In this document: positions 8,989 to 19,177 of the stretch, piece after piece
Layout of the letters: each line of letters starts with the position of its first letter
Position numbering within the stretch: position 1 is the stretch's first letter
From: Fibrobacterales bacterium
Lineage (GTDB): Bacteria; Fibrobacterota; Fibrobacteria; Fibrobacterales; JAOPTW01
Direction: 5' to 3'
Assembly: GCA_051532035.1 (NCBI GenBank)
Contig: JAOPTW010000008.1
Coordinates: 149,175-213,174, forward strand
Length of the DNA stretch: 64,000 nucleotides
The notes under the pieces: generated by a model
The model's input: the letters and a program-made list of their open reading frames with translations, nothing else
What the model was told of the DNA's origin: nothing
Databases searched by the model: none
Translations under genes and position numbers: made by a program

Positions 8989-10620
8989 TTATTTCTTCTT
9001 TTCCACAAGAGGAACAGTCACGATTTTATCACCATCAATTTTAATTTCTACCTTCTTTAATGAATTATTGAATACGTTATACCGCCCACCCAATTCAACC
9101 TGAAGCTCAGGGTAGAGTACCTGAAAGGTTAAGAGTGCATTCACATTTTTGGCCGACATAAACTCTGAAGTTAGGCGACCACTCTCACGCATTAATAACT
9201 CTTTTTTTCTGAGTATAATTGTGTACTCTTCAATTCCACTCTTAAGCAAGTCAACATCGTTCTCATCTTTCTCTGTTTTAATTTTTAGCCGTAACGATCG
9301 CAATCGCTTCTCTCTAACCTCAAGTAATTCATCCATTTTTTGACTCAAGGTATCGCACTCTTCCATCTTCTTTTTAAGTGACTCAGAAGACTTGTCTTCA
9401 AATACTATTTTTGTAGTAGTTTCTTGTTTACTGCCACACTGATATATTTCACAAGTCTCTTCCAGTTTTAGAGTCGAAGCGTTTACTTGACAATTGTTTT
9501 CTGTTGCATCAAGCTGTCGAGCCGATACATTACAGTTTGTCATAGATTTTTTAACAGTGACCTTTCCTCCAGCCTTAACAGTCGTGTCTTGAATCAGGTA
9601 GAGATTCACATCTTTCTTTGCTTTTATCTCCCCTTTCTCTTTACCAAAAACCCCTTGATTAATGGTAATGCTCCCCCCCGAGGATTCAATATATGCAGAG
9701 TCGACTTGCCCTTCAACTATGACCTCACCAGTTGCAACAACTTTGAAATCTGGGAGCACACTCCCCAATATCTGTACATCACCTTCGTACTGAATATTTC
9801 CCGATTCAAAGTCAACATCACCTTGAACGATATATAAGAGACCAACGCATATGGCACCTTTGTCACGATACAGGTATCCAGAATCTTTAGCCGTAAGCTC
9901 ATTACCATCTTCAGAAAGAACCGTATTCACCCCTGCAAGCATAACAGCTTCTTTACCAGGGGTTGGCTCTATTATTTCACCAAAAACATCTTTCCCCTCT
10001 TTACCGGGACTCGGCGGAATACGCACCGCAATAAGCTCATTTTTTTTAACCTGCTTTATTTCACCGACATTCCGGAAATCCGCTTGGCCACCATCTATTA
10101 TAAGGGGTTTTGCCTCTTTATCGACCTCTATCTCTTCTTTCACCTGCCCATGCTCACCATCTTCTGCAGGAAGCGCACAGGCGACAGTGACCCACGCATC
10201 TTTTTCACCTCGTTTAACAACCTTTGCAATAAGGTCCCAATCTAGGCCGAACCTAACATTCTTCTTAGTAAGGATATACTCGATATCTTGTGTAGTAATA
10301 TCAAATGAGCGATGCTCTACATCAGATGATAAATAGAGCTGTACTTCGGTCGGAGATACTTTAAGCTCTAATACCGAATGCTTCTCTTCATTAAAAAACC
10401 TAAATGGAGAGCCTACAAATTCACTTTTCCCACTCGATGGTGATTCAAGAACTGTTTTAATCCGTTTTAGATCAAAGTTCATTATGTTGGCATTTAATAA
10501 CTCACGCCTAAAATCATCAATTTTTATGAGACCTTGAGATCCACGTTCGAGAGTAAAATAGGTACCATCGTCCCTTATTTCAACCGACAAGTGTTCTTCA
10601 AACATGGGAAAGAGTTCCAT
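8989..10620 (-). CDS. fapA: FapA / DUF342 family flagellar assembly protein
   Basis: VKKNELIAVRIPPSPGKEGKDVFGE...GDVDFESGNIQYEGDVQILGSV beta-helix followed by a coiled coil. Confidence 0.85.
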   Translation of the reverse strand: MELFPMFEEHLSVEIRDDGTYFTLERGSQGLIKIDDFRRELLNANIMNFDLKRIKTVLESPSSGKSEFVGSPFRFFNEEKHSVLELKVSPTEVQLYLSSDVEHRSFDITTQDIEYILTKKNVRFGLDWDLIAKVVKRGEKDAWVTVACALPAEDGEHGQVKEEIEVDKEAKPLIIDGGQADFRNVGEIKQVKKNELIAVRIPPSPGKEGKDVFGEIIEPTPGKEAVMLAGVNTVLSEDGNELTAKDSGYLYRDKGAICVGLLYIVQGDVDFESGNIQYEGDVQILGSVLPDFKVVATGEVIVEGQVDSAYIESSGGSITINQGVFGKEKGEIKAKKDVNLYLIQDTTVKAGGKVTVKKSMTNCNVSARQLDATENNCQVNASTLKLEETCEIYQCGSKQETTTKIVFEDKSSESLKKKMEECDTLSQKMDELLEVREKRLRSLRLKIKTEKDENDVDLLKSGIEEYTIILRKKELLMRESGRLTSEFMSAKNVNALLTFQVLYPELQVELGGRYNVFNNSLKKVEIKIDGDKIVTVPLVEKKK

Positions 10621-10652
10621 GTGACATCCCGTTACTTTAGTTTTTTATAGTA

Positions 10653-11774
10653 TTATGATACGATTTTATAAACCAAAAATCCAGAACTGTGTGCTATCTT
10701 CTGAGCTTTTAGTCCCATTTCTCTGCAAAAATCACCATATTTGAGGAATTCATTGGCTACGAGATATATAACGCCATCTGGCCTAAGTTGTTTTGTACAG
10801 CTTTTGAGCCAGATCCGCCCCATATCTACCTCTGTAGATTTTCCAATATGGAACGGAGGATTTGTTATAATAACATCAAATGTTTGAGAAAGCCCATCAG
10901 TTATAAAAGTACAGTGGGCAACCGCAGGTGTTTTCCCTGCTCTAAAGTTTTTATTTGCACAAGAGACCGATAGTGCATGAGCATCCGTTGCAACAATCTC
11001 TTTTGCCCCCAGCTGATGTGCTGCCAGTGAAAGAACACCCGCTCCACACCCTACATCAAGTACTGATTTACCCTTAAGGTCAGGGAGAGCTTCTATAAGA
11101 ATTTGAGATCCAGCATCAGGTTTCTTAAACGCAAACAGACCCGGGCTGTTTACATAACTAAAGGCCCCCTTTGATGTCGTAAGAGTAATAGTGGAATTAA
11201 CGTCCTCTTTTTCACATTCTAAGGTTTGAGATAGGTCAATCTCAAATACCCTACTCGATGAGCCTATTTCAATACAGGCCCCTTTGATTCCTAGACGTTT
11301 GAGCTTGTTGAGAAAGCTCTTTGCTCCTTCATCATTAGTACCATACGTATACAGAGTACCCTTTTCTGAATTCCTGATCACAGATTTAATAATAGCAGTA
11401 CTGTACTCCCATGACTTATGGAGCCTAAAGAGAGAGACCTCATACCCATTTATTTGGGTATCAATATCATCAAGAAGGCAGGACTCACCCGCCTCTTTTA
11501 ATGCATCCATCTGTTCGTTTGTTGCACAGAAATCTTGATACAAAACATTACAACAGACAATACGATCGAATAATTGAGAAAAATAAGCAACCAATGCACC
11601 TGAACCTGAATCAATACATTGAATGGCTGTACCGCTAATATTAAGCTTTTTTAAAACGAGTTTAACGGCGTTGTCAGTTCGAGGGTCACCGGTACAAAGA
11701 TCACTTGTTACGTATGAAAGATCTTTATACTCAGCTTGATATAATGAAAGATGATGAGACGATGATTGAGTCAC
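10653..11774 (-). CDS. RsmC/MTS-family SAM-dependent methyltransferase
   Basis: PGLFAFKKPDAGSQIL, VLDVGCGAGVL, DVIITNPPFH, VAN motifs; degenerate N-terminal domain as in RsmC. Confidence 0.8.
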   Translation of the reverse strand: MTQSSSHHLSLYQAEYKDLSYVTSDLCTGDPRTDNAVKLVLKKLNISGTAIQCIDSGSGALVAYFSQLFDRIVCCNVLYQDFCATNEQMDALKEAGESCLLDDIDTQINGYEVSLFRLHKSWEYSTAIIKSVIRNSEKGTLYTYGTNDEGAKSFLNKLKRLGIKGACIEIGSSSRVFEIDLSQTLECEKEDVNSTITLTTSKGAFSYVNSPGLFAFKKPDAGSQILIEALPDLKGKSVLDVGCGAGVLSLAAHQLGAKEIVATDAHALSVSCANKNFRAGKTPAVAHCTFITDGLSQTFDVIITNPPFHIGKSTEVDMGRIWLKSCTKQLRPDGVIYLVANEFLKYGDFCREMGLKAQKIAHSSGFLVYKIVS

Positions 11775-11799
11775 TCTATATCCATAGGCCTCTGTGGCC

Positions 11800-12363
11800 T
11801 TATTTGTTCTCGAGAGCTTTATCTTTTAAAATTTTTAACAGTTCGTCAAAACCTTTATCTTTGATAATCTTTCTAAACTGTTCGCGATAATTTCTCACTG
11901 TTGAAAGATCATCAATTATGAGATCCCATGCCATCCAGACTCCATTAACCTCTTCAAGTTTATAGACCAACACTGATTCGGTCCCTTTGTTCCACATGTG
12001 GGCTGTAATTTTTGCCCTACCCTTCTTAATTTTGGGTTTCTCATAGACTGTCGAATCTGCTTCGTACACTTCAAGTTTCTTAATAGAGGCATTCTCTACC
12101 ATCTCTTTAAAGTTCGCAACAAACTCTTTCTTCTTCGTTTCAGGCTGTTTTTTCCATGTAGTACTCGAAAGGGATTTTTGACCCATTTTTTGAAAATCAA
12201 AAATACTATTAATAAGTTGCTTGATAGTCTCCTTTGGGGCATCTTTCTTTTTAAGAAGTTTTTGAAGCTCAATATCTTTCTTTTTTATGAGAGTAAGAGG
12301 CGATTCAGCCGCCCATATAGATTGTAACGATAAACATAATACTAATGTAATTAACCATTTCAT
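11800..12363 (-). CDS. MlaC/Ttg2D-family periplasmic lipid-binding protein
   Basis: Signal peptide; IFDFQKMGQKSL...W and WMAWDLIIDDLSTVRNYREQF...GFDELL. Confidence 0.85.
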   Translation of the reverse strand: MKWLITLVLCLSLQSIWAAESPLTLIKKKDIELQKLLKKKDAPKETIKQLINSIFDFQKMGQKSLSSTTWKKQPETKKKEFVANFKEMVENASIKKLEVYEADSTVYEKPKIKKGRAKITAHMWNKGTESVLVYKLEEVNGVWMAWDLIIDDLSTVRNYREQFRKIIKDKGFDELLKILKDKALENK

Positions 12364-13817
12364 AGTGGTCCTCCTGTTTTGGCCAATGTAGCATTATGTT
12401 TTGCTACTGACCAGCCTGACCGCTCAAAGAGTCGGCCTACTTCGATATTGTAGGTATATACAGATTTTAAGTAATTTCTTTTCGCACCGATTTTTGCTTT
12501 AAACGCCTTAATGAGTGCTCGTGCTTCTGAAGGATCAACATCATACTTCATTGCTGCCCCCTTAAACCACGCTTTTGCTGCACGAAGCGATGCACGTGCA
12601 CTTGAAAGAAGTGTTTTAGATTTTTCATATTTCCCATACTGTTCATCAAGAAGAAGAACCAAACCCCGTTCAGCATATGACTCTTTGCGCTGTAACTGGC
12701 TGAGCTCCAATTTTTTCTTTGAATAGTTCTGGTAACGCGACCAAATATTCAATCGGTATTTTAATCCAACTCCAATAGCTCCTGATATTTTATTCAAGGG
12801 GTCCTCAGAAAAAGCTTCGTCAGAAAGTGACCGTCTATCTCCTGCCCACGACTTAGCGTATTCGGCACTCGCAAAGAGAAATATTTCGGGCCCTAACTCA
12901 CCTTTAGCCAAATCCTTAAGAGCATTCATTGCCTTTAAGCCATATTTGAGCATTTGCAAATCAGGGTGGGAACGTGTTAAGTAGCCTTTAAGTGAGTCGA
13001 GTGAGGGCACTGGTTCTTTTCTCACTACTAACAGTGAATCAATAAAGGTGAAGGCTGTATCACTTGCATAGCCTAAACTAAATGCTGCAGCAAGCTTTGC
13101 CCGGCGAACCCCAAGACGACTCTCTTCCACGCCTTCTGCAATTGCATATTTATTACTTTTTAGTTCGAGAAGGTCGAATTGAGAAACTGATTCATCTTCG
13201 TCAAAAAGCATGTCATCAATTTTCTCTTCAATTTTTGTCATTTGAGACTCAACCTCTAGAGCAAGCTCATGAAGATCTTGTGCATACAGATAGCCATAAT
13301 AGTACTCCTGTAATTCACGCTCTTTTTTTAATTCACTACTTGTAATATTCCAGCTAAAATAATCTCGATCAGCCTTCGCTGCCTTCATTCCCGAATTATA
13401 ACGAAACAGGTTGAGGGGTTGAACCATTTTAATCTCTGTTACAAATGCAGGACCCCACTTCTTAAAAGAGGAAAGATCATACTCTGTCTTTGACTCTAAT
13501 ATGGAGAGTGAATCATATTGAACCCCACCAAGAGTTACATCAGAATATTTTGTGGTCTCATAAGTACTTTTCAGGCCTGGAGCAGGGCCCCAACCAGCAG
13601 TAAACTCAAATCGGGGCAGTATCGCTCCCATTCTAATTTCATCCACTTTATGTTCTTTGAGTTTTTTGCCAAATCGCTTTTCTTCAAGGCGGCCATCATT
13701 TGCAAGACCTTCTTTAAGAAATTCAGAAAGAGAGTAGGTAGGTTTAATCGCCGTAGTACCAATACTCAAAAGCGAAAGCGCCAAAAATATTATAAGTTTA
13801 AACCGTAGGTATATCAT
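12360..13817 (-). CDS. TolC-family outer-membrane channel
   Basis: Signal peptide from ATG 13817, two OEP-like helical/strand repeats (ILPRFEF, LGPEIFL, HPDL); ATGA overlap with the mlaC-like gene. Confidence 0.75.
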   Translation of the reverse strand: MIYLRFKLIIFLALSLLSIGTTAIKPTYSLSEFLKEGLANDGRLEEKRFGKKLKEHKVDEIRMGAILPRFEFTAGWGPAPGLKSTYETTKYSDVTLGGVQYDSLSILESKTEYDLSSFKKWGPAFVTEIKMVQPLNLFRYNSGMKAAKADRDYFSWNITSSELKKERELQEYYYGYLYAQDLHELALEVESQMTKIEEKIDDMLFDEDESVSQFDLLELKSNKYAIAEGVEESRLGVRRAKLAAAFSLGYASDTAFTFIDSLLVVRKEPVPSLDSLKGYLTRSHPDLQMLKYGLKAMNALKDLAKGELGPEIFLFASAEYAKSWAGDRRSLSDEAFSEDPLNKISGAIGVGLKYRLNIWSRYQNYSKKKLELSQLQRKESYAERGLVLLLDEQYGKYEKSKTLLSSARASLRAAKAWFKGAAMKYDVDPSEARALIKAFKAKIGAKRNYLKSVYTYNIEVGRLFERSGWSVAKHNATLAKTGGPL

Positions 13818-13888
13818 GAGACAAAAAATACAAATTTTGCTATCAATTACCGCCACATTTGACCATTTAGAAACCAACTGACCTAAAA

Positions 13889-15007
13889 ATGATAAAAATT
13901 GCATATGATCAAAATATAGTTGAAGCAGAATCGCTCCTATCTGACCTCTTTGACCTCACCCCATTTGATGGAAGATCACTCACCGCAAATTTTTTAGCAC
14001 CTTTTGAAGGGTTATTGGTTAGATCCGTCACAACCGTCGATCATCACTTGCTCTCTTCCAGTTCCCTCTCATTTGTGGGTACTGCAACAGCGGGAATCGA
14101 CCATATTGACACAGACTACCTTACAGAGTCAAACATTGCCTTTTCCTCAGCAGCCGGGAGTAATGCCACTTCTGTAGCCGAATATGTACTCTCATCACTG
14201 AAGGAGTGCAATCTTCTCGATACATTAAACTTGAGCGTTGGAATTATAGGGTATGGTCATGTAGGAAAAGAAGTGGCCCGTATTTTAAAAGCTTTGGGCT
14301 TTATTGTACTCCCTTATGATCCTCCACTTTTTGAATCGGGAAACACTGACGACCTTGTATCCCTTGATGAACTCTACGAAGCAGACATTCTCACGCTTCA
14401 CACTCCCCTCACAACAGCTACCCAATCTGAGCACCCTACCTCTGGTATGATAAGTCGTTCCTTTTTAAGTAAATTCAAAAAAGGTCTTACACTCATCAAT
14501 AGTGCGCGAGGCGGAATTATTATTGAAGAAGATGTCATGACGCTCTCTCAAGAAGGCTTTTTTAAAGATATCATTCTCGATGTTTTTAACAATGAGCCGA
14601 CTCCTTTTCCAGACTATCTTTCCTGTGCTCGATTTTACACCCCCCATATTGCAGGGTACTCGTATACAGGAAAGGTGAGAGGTACTCTCATGATGCGTGA
14701 CGCCCTCATCCATCATTTCAATCTTATTACACCTCCTGCGACAGCCCCTATTACCACACAAACACTCTCTTTGGAAGGGCTTACCGCTACAGATGCTCTT
14801 GAAAAAGTACTTTCGTCAGTCTACTCAATTCAAGGAGACTTTAATCGTTCTCAAGCCATTATGGAACAGAATGATGGAGTACTTTTTGACACACTGAGAA
14901 AAAAGTACCCTCATCGCCTCGAATATTCAGATTATTCTATTAAAAATATCCCTTCAGCCAAGTTAAAAGAACAACTCAAAAAACTCGGCTTCACTATCCA
15001 AGACTAA
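13889..15007 (+). CDS. pdxB: 4-phosphoerythronate dehydrogenase
   Basis: LLVRSVT, FVGTATAGIDHID, GSNATSVAEYV, GYGHVG, LHTPL, INSARG, DVFNNEP, TPHIAGYS, FDTLRKKYPHRLE. Confidence 0.93.
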   Translation: MIKIAYDQNIVEAESLLSDLFDLTPFDGRSLTANFLAPFEGLLVRSVTTVDHHLLSSSSLSFVGTATAGIDHIDTDYLTESNIAFSSAAGSNATSVAEYVLSSLKECNLLDTLNLSVGIIGYGHVGKEVARILKALGFIVLPYDPPLFESGNTDDLVSLDELYEADILTLHTPLTTATQSEHPTSGMISRSFLSKFKKGLTLINSARGGIIIEEDVMTLSQEGFFKDIILDVFNNEPTPFPDYLSCARFYTPHIAGYSYTGKVRGTLMMRDALIHHFNLITPPATAPITTQTLSLEGLTATDALEKVLSSVYSIQGDFNRSQAIMEQNDGVLFDTLRKKYPHRLEYSDYSIKNIPSAKLKEQLKKLGFTIQD

Positions 15008-15011
15008 TACA

Positions 15012-17672
15012 TTAACGCCCAACATCAGCGTGAAGAGCTTTAAGTAACTCTAGTATTTCTAAATCTAAGGGGAACTTTTCAGCCCCCTTTTTAAGATACA
15101 TTAGTGCATCTTCAACAGCATTAAGCATAATTGAAGCTTTGCCTAAATTCAAATAGAGATCTGCAGTATCACCCAAAATCAATCCAAAGAGCAATACCTG
15201 CCTGCAAAGTCGATACTCCTCAGCATCAAAGAGGAGGCTCAGTACCTTCTCAGAGCTTATTAATTCACCATCACGAAGGGCAACGCCAATTCTCAACAAA
15301 GCAACTGCAAGAGGTTGATTATTTTTTTTGTTCCAGTAGTCTCCCAAGAATGAGCATGCTTTAATTTTTATTTGCTGATAATCAACAGGCACCAAAGTTG
15401 GCTGTTCCTGAAAATAAAAAAGATTCACATACTGCACCACCGCAGATTCTATATCGCCAAGAGCAGTCAACACTTGTGCTTTTACAAGGATTGCTTCAAC
15501 CATACTCGGCGTCTGCTCTAGCGCAGAATTAATAACACGTTCCGCTGTATTCAATTCACCAAGTTCCGCATAGCACGCAGCAATTTTGACAGGACACATT
15601 TCCCGAATATGCGGGTCTTCCCCGGTACTATTTGCTCGTTCTAATGCTTTTTGATACCACTCCAATGCGACGGGGAAATCTTTCAAATCTTGATAGGCGC
15701 CCGCAATTGAATAGAGCTTCACCACTGTGACACTCTGAGGCTGATCTTCAATTTCCTGCTTCATGATATTCAAATTACGATGCTGTTTATCGACAACAAT
15801 AGCATCATCAACGTACCCAGTATGAATAACTTTTATGGTAGTAAACTCAACAGAAATTCTTTCTTGATCAAGTGCCGGAAGCACCTGTTCATGTACTTTA
15901 CCCGTAAAGCGTATGCCCGGCTTATTAGGGAACACTCGTATCTGATTAAATACAGAACCGGTTTTTCCTCCGTCAGTACTATTTTTAACCATCACTCCAT
16001 ACGCTTTATCTGCAGTTCCAGATAATAGCTGTTTAAGGCGCACTAGATCTTCAGGCAGTACAACATCATCCGCATCAAACCAGACAATCCACCGCCCTCG
16101 CGCTCCTTCGAGTGATACATTTCGAGCCTTTGCAAAATCACCTTCCCAAGGCGTAGATCGAAGCTCTCCACCAAACTCCTCAATTATTGCAGGAGTCCGA
16201 TCACTACTTCCCGTATCAACAATGATCAATTCATCCCACAACCCTTGTATCGAATTGAGTAAGTGAGGCAAGACCAACTCTTCATTTTTAACGATCATAC
16301 AGACTGAAACATCGATACTCGAATCGGATGGAGTCGACTGTGATGATTTGGGGAACGTTTGTTGATAACGCCCCTGGGCATTGGCGAGGGAAACCCGATC
16401 CCCCTTTTGTTCATAAGCAATACAGAGTGCCTGCCATGCTGTCTCATCAGCCTTTGCATTTCGCTGAACCGCATCTTCGAGCCACCCGATCGCCTCATCA
16501 ATTCTATTGCAACTCAAATGACTTTTCCCAAGGAATATTCGAGACTCAATTACTTCCGGATATTCATCTTTAAGACGTGTTGCCCATGCGATAACTCGAT
16601 CAAATTTCTGCTGAGTAGTATAGAGTTTACACAGATGAAAGTAACTATACATTTTTATCACATCAAACTGGTTTGATGTGCCCGTATGTAACATATCCAT
16701 ACCAGCAACCTGAATTAAATAGGTCTCTGCAGTTGCAACATCATCCAATTTAAGATAGCTCTCTGCGAGATAGTAATAGGACTCTAACTTCTTAGGATTA
16801 AGCTCAATTCCTTTTAAAAACCACTCTTTTGCTGAATCAAAATCACCCTTCAATTGATATGAACGCCCAATGCACGAAGGAAGATCATTGTAGCAATCTG
16901 CATTTATCTCTCTACAATGGGGAATAGAAAAAGAGTGCTTATAGGCTACTATGCTTTTATCTAACTCACCAATTATTGCGTAAGAGTCTCCGAGTTGCAT
17001 CGAGATAATAGGGTCTACATCAATATCTTTATCATTCTCTAATAGATCTAGATTTCTCTGTGCTTTAAGCTTTTTTGTTTTCGGGTCTTCGTACCCTGTA
17101 TGGTGAATCGTTGTTTCAGTAAAAAAAGAGTAAAGCCCCATCTGTGCCGCACTAAATACCACTTGTTCATGTACCGCGCGCTCAAAGCGTATCTTCGGAT
17201 GCCTTGGAAACATCCTTGTTTGCATAAAGCGAGTACCGAGAGCAAGACCTGCCTGAGTGTTGATTACCTGAAACCCAAACATTCTATCCATGGGGGCAGT
17301 CTTCAATTTATTAAAATTAATAATCTGATCTGCTGGCACTCTATCATCTGCATCCATCCAGAGAATCCAGCTTTTTGTTGCAGCGTCTATACTCAAATTT
17401 CGTGAATAGCTGAAATCGCCAATCCATTCAGATTGAATAACCGTAACCGGTAGTTGTTTAATAATTTCAAGAGTCCTGTCTGTTGAACCGGTATCATTTA
17501 CTATAATCTCATCAGCAAAGGGAATAAAACTACGAATTGCCGCTTCAATATTTTCCTCTTCGTCCTTCACTATCATGCAGACCGAAAGAGTGTTGGGAGG
17601 GCCAAGGGGATTTAGCGGTTGTTGTATCGTTCCAATCAACGCATTGACATCATTAGGATTAATACTCGGCAT
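15012..17672 (-). CDS. Double GT2 glycosyltransferase with TPR repeats
   Basis: Two SVCMIVK(D/N)EE...DTGSxDRT...DFxxxRN...W(M/F)DADD...VHEQV...HTGY domains, each followed by TPRs. Confidence 0.88.
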   Translation of the reverse strand: MPSINPNDVNALIGTIQQPLNPLGPPNTLSVCMIVKDEEENIEAAIRSFIPFADEIIVNDTGSTDRTLEIIKQLPVTVIQSEWIGDFSYSRNLSIDAATKSWILWMDADDRVPADQIINFNKLKTAPMDRMFGFQVINTQAGLALGTRFMQTRMFPRHPKIRFERAVHEQVVFSAAQMGLYSFFTETTIHHTGYEDPKTKKLKAQRNLDLLENDKDIDVDPIISMQLGDSYAIIGELDKSIVAYKHSFSIPHCREINADCYNDLPSCIGRSYQLKGDFDSAKEWFLKGIELNPKKLESYYYLAESYLKLDDVATAETYLIQVAGMDMLHTGTSNQFDVIKMYSYFHLCKLYTTQQKFDRVIAWATRLKDEYPEVIESRIFLGKSHLSCNRIDEAIGWLEDAVQRNAKADETAWQALCIAYEQKGDRVSLANAQGRYQQTFPKSSQSTPSDSSIDVSVCMIVKNEELVLPHLLNSIQGLWDELIIVDTGSSDRTPAIIEEFGGELRSTPWEGDFAKARNVSLEGARGRWIVWFDADDVVLPEDLVRLKQLLSGTADKAYGVMVKNSTDGGKTGSVFNQIRVFPNKPGIRFTGKVHEQVLPALDQERISVEFTTIKVIHTGYVDDAIVVDKQHRNLNIMKQEIEDQPQSVTVVKLYSIAGAYQDLKDFPVALEWYQKALERANSTGEDPHIREMCPVKIAACYAELGELNTAERVINSALEQTPSMVEAILVKAQVLTALGDIESAVVQYVNLFYFQEQPTLVPVDYQQIKIKACSFLGDYWNKKNNQPLAVALLRIGVALRDGELISSEKVLSLLFDAEEYRLCRQVLLFGLILGDTADLYLNLGKASIMLNAVEDALMYLKKGAEKFPLDLEILELLKALHADVGR

Positions 17673-19158
17673 AGAGTCCTTTTATTCGATTAATAATTTG
17701 TTCTTTTCTCACTGGTTCAATAGGAATATACTTAAGACGATCCAACACGAAGGAACTATTTTTAAGGCTCTCTATTGTGTCGAGCAAGTTTTCTATACAG
17801 CCATCATTATAACCCAACTGTAACGAAGTAAGAAAACAATGTTGCGCATCTCGAATATTCCCCTGTTGATAGAGAACTATTCCATATTCATTGACAAAAA
17901 CTGTATTGGTGGCATCTCGCTGAAGCAGACGTTTATACTCTGTACAGGCTTGATCTAATTGACCTACCCCAAGTAACATCCGAGCGAAAGTATGTTCATG
18001 GCTACTAACCGAAGGAACACAGTGGTACTTTTGCACAAAGGCCTGAGCGATGTCATACTTTTTAAGGGCCACTAATACTTCGACATAAGCCCAAGGATCA
18101 AAAGTAACTGACCCATGGGCCTCAATTACTTTTTCAAACAACTCGCACGCTGTATCAAATGTATTAGCATCTTTATACCCAAGCCCAAGAGCCGTAAGAC
18201 TATTAATATAGAGAGCATTACTCGACTGTGCAATAGTACCTACTGTCCGTTCTTGCTCTAAACCATTGACAACTTGAGTATACAATACTCGTGCACCATC
18301 CCAATTTCCACGCCCCATAAGTATTCGAGCCAACTTGTAGTGTGCGGTATAGGCTGTAGGATTTAAACTCGTTGAAATATCGAACCACTTCTCAGCCATA
18401 TCCATTTCCGCTAACACCTCATAGGTATTAGCGATAAGGAGTGGAAGCGTCACATATGCATGAGTATTTTTTTCACCCAACGGATTGTGATACCCTGTTT
18501 CATATACCCTGAGGGCATCTCGATACTCACCTTTTTGATAGAGCGCATTACCATATTCCATAACCACATAAAGATCATCACTCTTTTTGGCATACTCTTT
18601 TTTAAGAAGTTGATAATTACGTTCAGTTTTTTCAGCACGCTTTTCTGCAGTCAAATATCCACGGTGTTCTATAACAAAATTACTCTCTTCAATAGGAACA
18701 TTAGTTGCAATACATGAAGACCGGAGTTCCTCATGAATAGCCCCTTTAAACTGTACCCCTCTCCCATTGGGAATAATACGTAACTGTCGAAACTTTTCTG
18801 ATTCAACAGCACCTTCACGTGGATTTTCAACAATAGCTGTATAGGCTCTATCCCCTGCAACTTCACACATCTGTTTGAGAACTGTAATAGAGTTCTCTGA
18901 GAGCCGATCATCAGCATCAAGCCACAATATTGTTGGCTGGGTCGCAAGACTCAGGGAATAGTTTCTTGCAAGAGAAAAGTTATCACACCATTCAAAGTGA
19001 TGAAGCATCCCAACAGACTTCTTTATAATAGAGATGGTATCGTCGGTTGAGCCAGTATCAACAATACAAAGTTCGCAATTAAGGCTCATTAATTCAGGCA
19101 ACAACTGAGCCAGATTTTCTGCTTCATTTCTTACGATCATACAAATTGAGAGATCCAT
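17659..19158 (-). CDS. GT2 glycosyltransferase with TPR repeats
   Basis: LSICMIVRNEA...VDTGSTD...NFSLARN...WLDADD...IHEE...HRGY, then TPRs. Confidence 0.88.
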   Translation of the reverse strand: MDLSICMIVRNEAENLAQLLPELMSLNCELCIVDTGSTDDTISIIKKSVGMLHHFEWCDNFSLARNYSLSLATQPTILWLDADDRLSENSITVLKQMCEVAGDRAYTAIVENPREGAVESEKFRQLRIIPNGRGVQFKGAIHEELRSSCIATNVPIEESNFVIEHRGYLTAEKRAEKTERNYQLLKKEYAKKSDDLYVVMEYGNALYQKGEYRDALRVYETGYHNPLGEKNTHAYVTLPLLIANTYEVLAEMDMAEKWFDISTSLNPTAYTAHYKLARILMGRGNWDGARVLYTQVVNGLEQERTVGTIAQSSNALYINSLTALGLGYKDANTFDTACELFEKVIEAHGSVTFDPWAYVEVLVALKKYDIAQAFVQKYHCVPSVSSHEHTFARMLLGVGQLDQACTEYKRLLQRDATNTVFVNEYGIVLYQQGNIRDAQHCFLTSLQLGYNDGCIENLLDTIESLKNSSFVLDRLKYIPIEPVRKEQIINRIKGLYAEY

Positions 19159-19177
19159 ACCTCGTGACCTCTTTTTA

